Assembly: GCA_040285825.1 (NCBI GenBank)
Contig: JAUPSS010000004.1
Location: 186,001-250,000, forward strand
Direction of reading: 5' to 3'
DNA length: 64,000 bases
DNA from: Eukaryota sp. TZLM1-RC
Taxonomy: Eukaryota; Protista; Metamonada: BaSk clade
The notes beneath the pieces are model-generated. The model was not told where the DNA came from. It did no database searches and saw only the letters and a list, made by a program, of their open reading frames with translations. The stretch's first letter is position 1. Every line of letters starts with the position of its first letter. This document shows positions 58,540 through 64,000 of the stretch, piece by piece. The position numbers and the translations under genes are program-made.

Positions 58540-59190
58540 CCAACACCGATCCTCATAATTTGGTTTGCAAATGTGGATAAAAAAGTTCTCCAAATCATTT
58601 GTTTAATTGTAAACACTTTATTACTTTCCGATCAAAAGTCCATGATGCAGTAAAAGGTCAACTCTATTGTATGTCAAAGTCACACAGAATTGCTTCCTAT
58701 TTAGAACCATTACTCTTTCGTTTGGTTGATGAAGATACTTTGAATTCTTTTGGTCGTAATAGAGGTGATTTTATGCTTGAAGTTCTTGAAGGGACGACCA
58801 TCATTACCGATGTGAGATCAACTGATGTGGTAATTATTCTTTTATGTTTTTAGCTCAGTCAAAACACAAGAATCCGCTGTCTGTTGCTGAGAAATCGAGA
58901 ATTGGTAAATATAAAGCAAAGTTGCTTTCCTTGAATGCTTCCTTTCTTACTTAATTTCCAATTTTCCGTCTATATGTCCAATTACATTCTCCTTATAAGA
59001 CTCCCTTGGACATATTGCTCCATCTTTCTTGGATAGTTTTGTTGTGAAGCAGTGCACGTAAAGTGTTTTTGATAAAGTTGATCGCCAGCTTAGAATTGTT
59101 TTTTTCCAACTGTCAAAGGTGTTGCTCGCTTTACGTCTTCTGCTTTATTATCTCCTGGTCGTTTTTATGAAAGAAAAACTTCCAGTCAAT
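58540..59190 (+). mobile_element. Degenerate family D RLE non-LTR fragment
   Basis: VCKCG...HLFNCKHFITFRSKVHDAV...EP...RGD; shares frameshifts with 32696-33190. Confidence 0.75.
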
Positions 59191-59211
59191 TCTTTTTGGC
59201 TAATATTAAAT

Positions 59212-59556
59212 ATTTATTGAACTTGCACACTTCACAAAATAAACTCATAATTAATGGGACGAAATTCATTGAACCAAGATTTCCTCTACAAAATCTTGAT
59301 CTGCTTGCTGTCTAGCTAAAACTTCTCTAATTCGATTGAAAAACCCAGGCAATCCATTAATAATGGGAAATTGAATTCGAGAGCGCCATAAAAAATATCA
59401 AATCTTTTCATTGTTTTTTCTTGAACCATTTTTTGGAAGTCATTCAAAAAAGTTTCTGCTTCTACTGATAATCTTCCGTTTATCGAAAATGGGAAAGCAA
59501 TAAAACAAGTGGTCTATTTCTATCGGCATTAGCTTCTTTGATATCTTTGTCATATT
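59212..59556 (-). mobile_element. Family A 3' end
   Basis: Reverse complement of ~31780-32125. Confidence 0.8.
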
Positions 59557-60278
59557 TGGCTAATGTGAAATATGAAGATTTACGTTTTTAAGTTTGTTGT
59601 TTAGTAACTCGTTGGAATAAATTAAAATAAAAAAAAAACAGAATTTAAATCCGAAGAAAACGTCTTATTATGTAAGCGATTGGATAAAAAATTTCAAAAA
59701 ATTCCAATAAAAACTTGTAGTTGTAAGGTTTCTAACGGAAGGAATATTTATCGTGACCTTAAAATAATAACAATTTTTTTGAACGATTTAAGTCAAATTT
59801 AGAATACTGATTCATTGTGACGATCTTATGGTTGGCTTGGTAGGATTAACATGCAAAAAAATGTGAATCGTGACTTCTCAACAAATGGTATATACAATGA
59901 AAGCATCAAATGAGGATAAGTTGGTTCAATGACCCCTCCTTTCGTTGTAGTGAACGACAAGACTGTGTTATGTAATGAATCAGTAAGCATCAAATCTGTG
60001 AATATTCCTTTGAATAAATACCACAGCTTTAGCACCTTCATGACACTTTCATTATGCAATACAATCGAATATGACAATTATGTTGTTAAAAATAAATAAT
60101 TTTGAATCGTCTAAACTGATTGTTTGTAAGAAATCAACTGTTTACTTCAACTATCAAAAAGAAAGTACAATTATCAAAACTTCTTCATTGTTTCACTAAT
60201 AGAATTGACATGATCGTCTCAATCTGATTTAATGGAAATTGTCTAGAAATTCTTTATCAACATAAAAACACAACTATT

Positions 60279-61139
60279 CTACTCTTCTACAGGCGTCTTC
60301 TTTAGGTAGAAACAAAACAAAAACACAATAACAAAAACAATGATGTACCAAACGATGGAGAATGGGAAGGCGACGAATTTACCCAAGATCCAGAACAAGA
60401 AGCCAACAACAAGGAAGCAAATGATTAAGGTAAGCCAGAACCCACCACGCATTCTCTTCTGGAACAAGTAAGCCTCACAAGTTACGATATTGATAATGAT
60501 TGCAATGACGATGACAGCAACAATAACTCCCCAGTGTACTTTGAGGATGAACAACAAAAATACAAAGAAAACAAAAGGATAGAAGATGATTGCAAATGTC
60601 AGAGCTGTGTTCGTTCCCAACTTCAATGAGGCACGTACACGAACCATGGAATAAACACCAAACCAAGAGGAAACCAGAATAGCACCAAGAGCAGCAACAC
60701 GTTCACCAGTGAGAGTAGATGTAGCACAAAGAATCCACCATCCAATGAAAAGGACAATAAGTGCGAAGATCAAAAACAACCAATTCCAAGACTCCAAGTC
60801 ATGTGAAGTGTTTTTGTTCGTGAATTGGTCAACCTTGAGTAATAAGCAGATGATAATGACGGCTGCAACCACCAATAACCAAACAAGAGGGGTACGAATG
60901 AACTCATGCTTGTTGTCCAAGCTTCCGAGGTCAATTGAGGCTTGTTCATATTTGGTCCAATCAGTATCAGAAACGAACCATCCTAAAATCCAGAAAACAA
61001 TGAAAAAGATCAATATCCAGAACAGAATCTTTTTCAAGACATACTTGACAGCTCTTGATGAAAGCGGGTCGCTCATCTTGGGCAGAAGTTCTTCGTCGTG
61101 AGGAGCACAGTAACTCATTGCAACCAACAGAATGGACAA
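60279..61139 (-). CDS. Multi-pass membrane protein (about 8 hydrophobic helices), unknown family
   Basis: 286-aa hydrophobic ORF with alternating TM segments. Start uncertain: ATG 61118, or ATG 61228 via a possible 26-nt intron. Confidence 0.7.
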   Translation of the reverse strand: MSILLVAMSYCAPHDEELLPKMSDPLSSRAVKYVLKKILFWILIFFIVFWILGWFVSDTDWTKYEQASIDLGSLDNKHEFIRTPLVWLLVVAAVIIICLLLKVDQFTNKNTSHDLESWNWLFLIFALIVLFIGWWILCATSTLTGERVAALGAILVSSWFGVYSMVRVRASLKLGTNTALTFAIIFYPFVFFVFLLFILKVHWGVIVAVIVIAIIINIVTCEAYLFQKRMRGGFWLTLIICFLVVGFLFWILGKFVAFPFSIVWYIIVFVIVFLFCFYLKKTPVEE

Positions 61140-64000
61140 AACAGGAGCTCCATTTCTTATAAGGTATACTGTAAAATCTACAGTAAAACTTTACAGTTGA
61201 AGTTATCAATCCTGATTCCAATTACCATTAGTTGACAAATTCAGAAAGGAAAACACGAAAGTATCTTTAATGAATTCAACTTTGATTACCCTATTTTAGT
61301 GAAGAACAAAAATGAATAAATAAAATAAATAAATTCATTACATTTGATTCTCAGAATCCAAAAAAATCTCATCGTCCTTCTCCTTCTGAAGTTTCTGCTT
61401 CCGTCACTTCACTTCTATTCAACGCAGCAATTCGTTGGTTTGGAGTTCTTTACACGGCTGAATTTGACAGATGTGAACTCAATATTTAAACTTGAATTAA
61501 TATAATATAAAATTAATTAAACAGAACCTATTCAATAACCACAGGGAATAGTTCTAATGTATGACATCTCCCAAACGATCACAATAACATGTTGCAACTC
61601 GAACAACAGTGTGTATGAGGACCAGTGAATTATTGATATAGGTATAATCTATTAGCATTACAATCTTGAATATTATAATTCAGAACATGTTGAGTATTAT
61701 CTAACCTTCTTCTTTGTCAAACAGTAAAGCATGTTATCGCCGCAGCGGATGAACTGATGGAAGAACGGTTGAAGTGTGAAAAATTAGATTATAGAAACAT
61801 TATTTTATTTTCTCTTATTTGTTATTACCACATCATGAGTTAAAATTTTTTTTTGAAATTCAGCCACTCATTTTGAATGGAAGAGATATGGAAACGACAT
61901 TCCTTTCCATTTGACATAGATATAATATTCTCATAAAATATTGGCTTCAGCAAGTTTTCAAAAGGAATTGCACTAATTTAGATGTCCAATTGGAATTTTT
62001 TACACAATAATTTCCATATAAAGGTGAACAACACATGAAAATCATAAAAATCATCTTAGTCAAACTTTTGTTTCAGAAATTCGACCAGTTTGTTGGAGTC
62101 TATTTCACCATCTAAGCTGTTCAATGTTAAACTCATTGTGGGTTGCCAGTTCTCAATTGGTTTTGCTACCCACGGGGAAAAATCAGTGCAAGTATCATTT
62201 CTATTACAAGATACATTAAAACCAGAAAGTTGACAATTCATAAAAGCAAAAATATTCCATGTAAGCATCATCTGAAACAATCTATTCGATTTTTGATTCC
62301 AGCATCAAAATGCAGCAATCATCATTACAACAAGCAATGCTCAATTCATCTTCCACTAGGTCAACAATAATTTGTAGAATGCATTTAACTTCGCTCTTAA
62401 GAATCAATTTGTTTTTGAATGTGCTCACCAATATGTCAATTCTTGATACCGCATAAATGTATCAATTCTTATTTACAAGTCACCTTTTATAATTCAGCAT
62501 CCATTGTTTTCCCGAACTTGGCTACTTGTCCATTTATTTTGTTCTTCGACCAACAAAAATCAGTTTTCTAGCTTTCAAATGGAATAAGTTTTGTCTTTCC
62601 ATACGAATTTCTTTTTTTCCATTATTTCAACCTTGAAAACAGTATCAAAAAGAATTTGCATTTCACAATTTGACCTTTTTTGTACAATAGGGGAAGATCG
62701 GGAAAACCAAAGTCGCCACTGAACTTGAGTAAATATGAATAATCGACATTATCAGCTTTAGAGACCCGTAGCAAAGATTTCAAAATTCTAATCAACATGA
62801 ATTAAATAATAGTTTCAATGAAGTATTTGTCAAAACCTACCTAAAAATTGCGGAAGACATAATTCAATTATTTTGGCGTATATGGTGGGCAATAATGATC
62901 GATTCTGAAGTTGCTTTATTATATCTGAAACACCTCTTGAATTGGTAATTGCTCTTACACCCCCTGTCATTGCAGTAATTCATTAAATAATGGAATATAT
63001 GCTTTTGGATAAAAGGTCTTTGCTAACAGATTTATATTTACATTAGGTGTGATAAAAATAGAATAAATTCAGTCGAAAAATGCAGCTCTATCAGAAAATA
63101 CGTTTTCCCAAGATGTAGTGTTTTGAAAAATTTCTGATTCACTCTCTTCTTTTGAGAAATTTTCTGAATCTTTAGCAATTAATTGTTTTGATGTAGGGGA
63201 GGCAGGTTTTGAGGATGTGGAGTTTTAATTGTGTATTTTATGTTTCGATATTTCTTATCAAATGAATAAAAATACTCAGAAAAAATGAAAATGTTCCACA
63301 ATTGTTCCATACGTACCACATTCTGTTTTCTCTAAGCTTTGTATATGGACTTCTCTGATCTTCAGACAGACAGTTTCGCAAACTTAAAGACATCCCTTTA
63401 AGAACGCTGCTTTGCCTGATGAACGGCACTCGTCCAACTTTGGTATCCGTCATCCTTTCAACTTTTTCAACTATTTGAAAGCAGAAACCGACTTTTACTC
63501 GATTTATTCCATCTCCAGTGGCATTTGGAGCATTCTCATGTACCCATTAATATCCCCGCACACCCACAAGTTCCTATAGCAACTGAAACAACGTTCTCTT
63601 CTCGGCTACGTTATTCGAAGAACAGTGTGAATTTGTGAGATCCTCTTTGTGAACTCGCCAAAGCCCTTCCTCCTTCGAAGTGCCTCCCGTAAAACGTCCA
63701 CGTGGTAAACAACGCAAAAACTGTTATAGTTATAGATGTTCCAATGTCTGTACTATGGTTATCTTGTTTTCTCCAATATAGATATTTTGATTACCTCATT
63801 TCCATACAAATCACATTTATGGTGCATTCGATGGTACATTTGGTCAAAGTCAATAATAAATAGTAATTTTAAACAAATAACTTGAACTATTGCCGCGTCA
63901 TCGCACGTGTTTTGATGTTATCAAAACATCTAACATTATCCCTTGTGCACCTCATCTCTTTTATGATGGCAAATTTTTTGTTAAAGGATTGAGTACAACT

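Overview
AT-rich eukaryotic DNA, most consistent with a compact-genome flagellated protist (taxon not determinable here). It uses the standard code and has tiny 29-32 nt spliceosomal introns. Host genes: DNAAF5, a compact HYDIN-like protein, ALG5, RP2-like, a Cys-rich secreted protein, a DENN+IQ protein, CFAP298, a bacterial-type TGS/ThrRS-uridine kinase, bacterial-type BCAT, SF1/BBP, a WD40 protein and a multi-pass membrane protein. Intergenic DNA is full of nested mobile elements. These include many 5'-truncated copies of 4-5 families of CRE-like RLE non-LTR retrotransposons and a hAT DNA transposon with TIRs and an 8-bp TSD. There are also two RT-less LTR elements and a decayed Fanzor1/TnpB gene followed by two tandem copies of a strongly structured putative omegaRNA. 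Best leads: (1) both unrelated LTR elements carry a covarying palindrome CA-RTAATTAY-TG where a tRNA primer-binding site should be; (2) a 4.2-kb LTR element encodes Gag, an unknown ~400-aa domain and an intact chromo-integrase, but no recognisable PR/RT/RNase H; (3) the Fanzor has a duplicated omegaRNA-like cassette; (4) BCAT has an apparent GT-AT intron.
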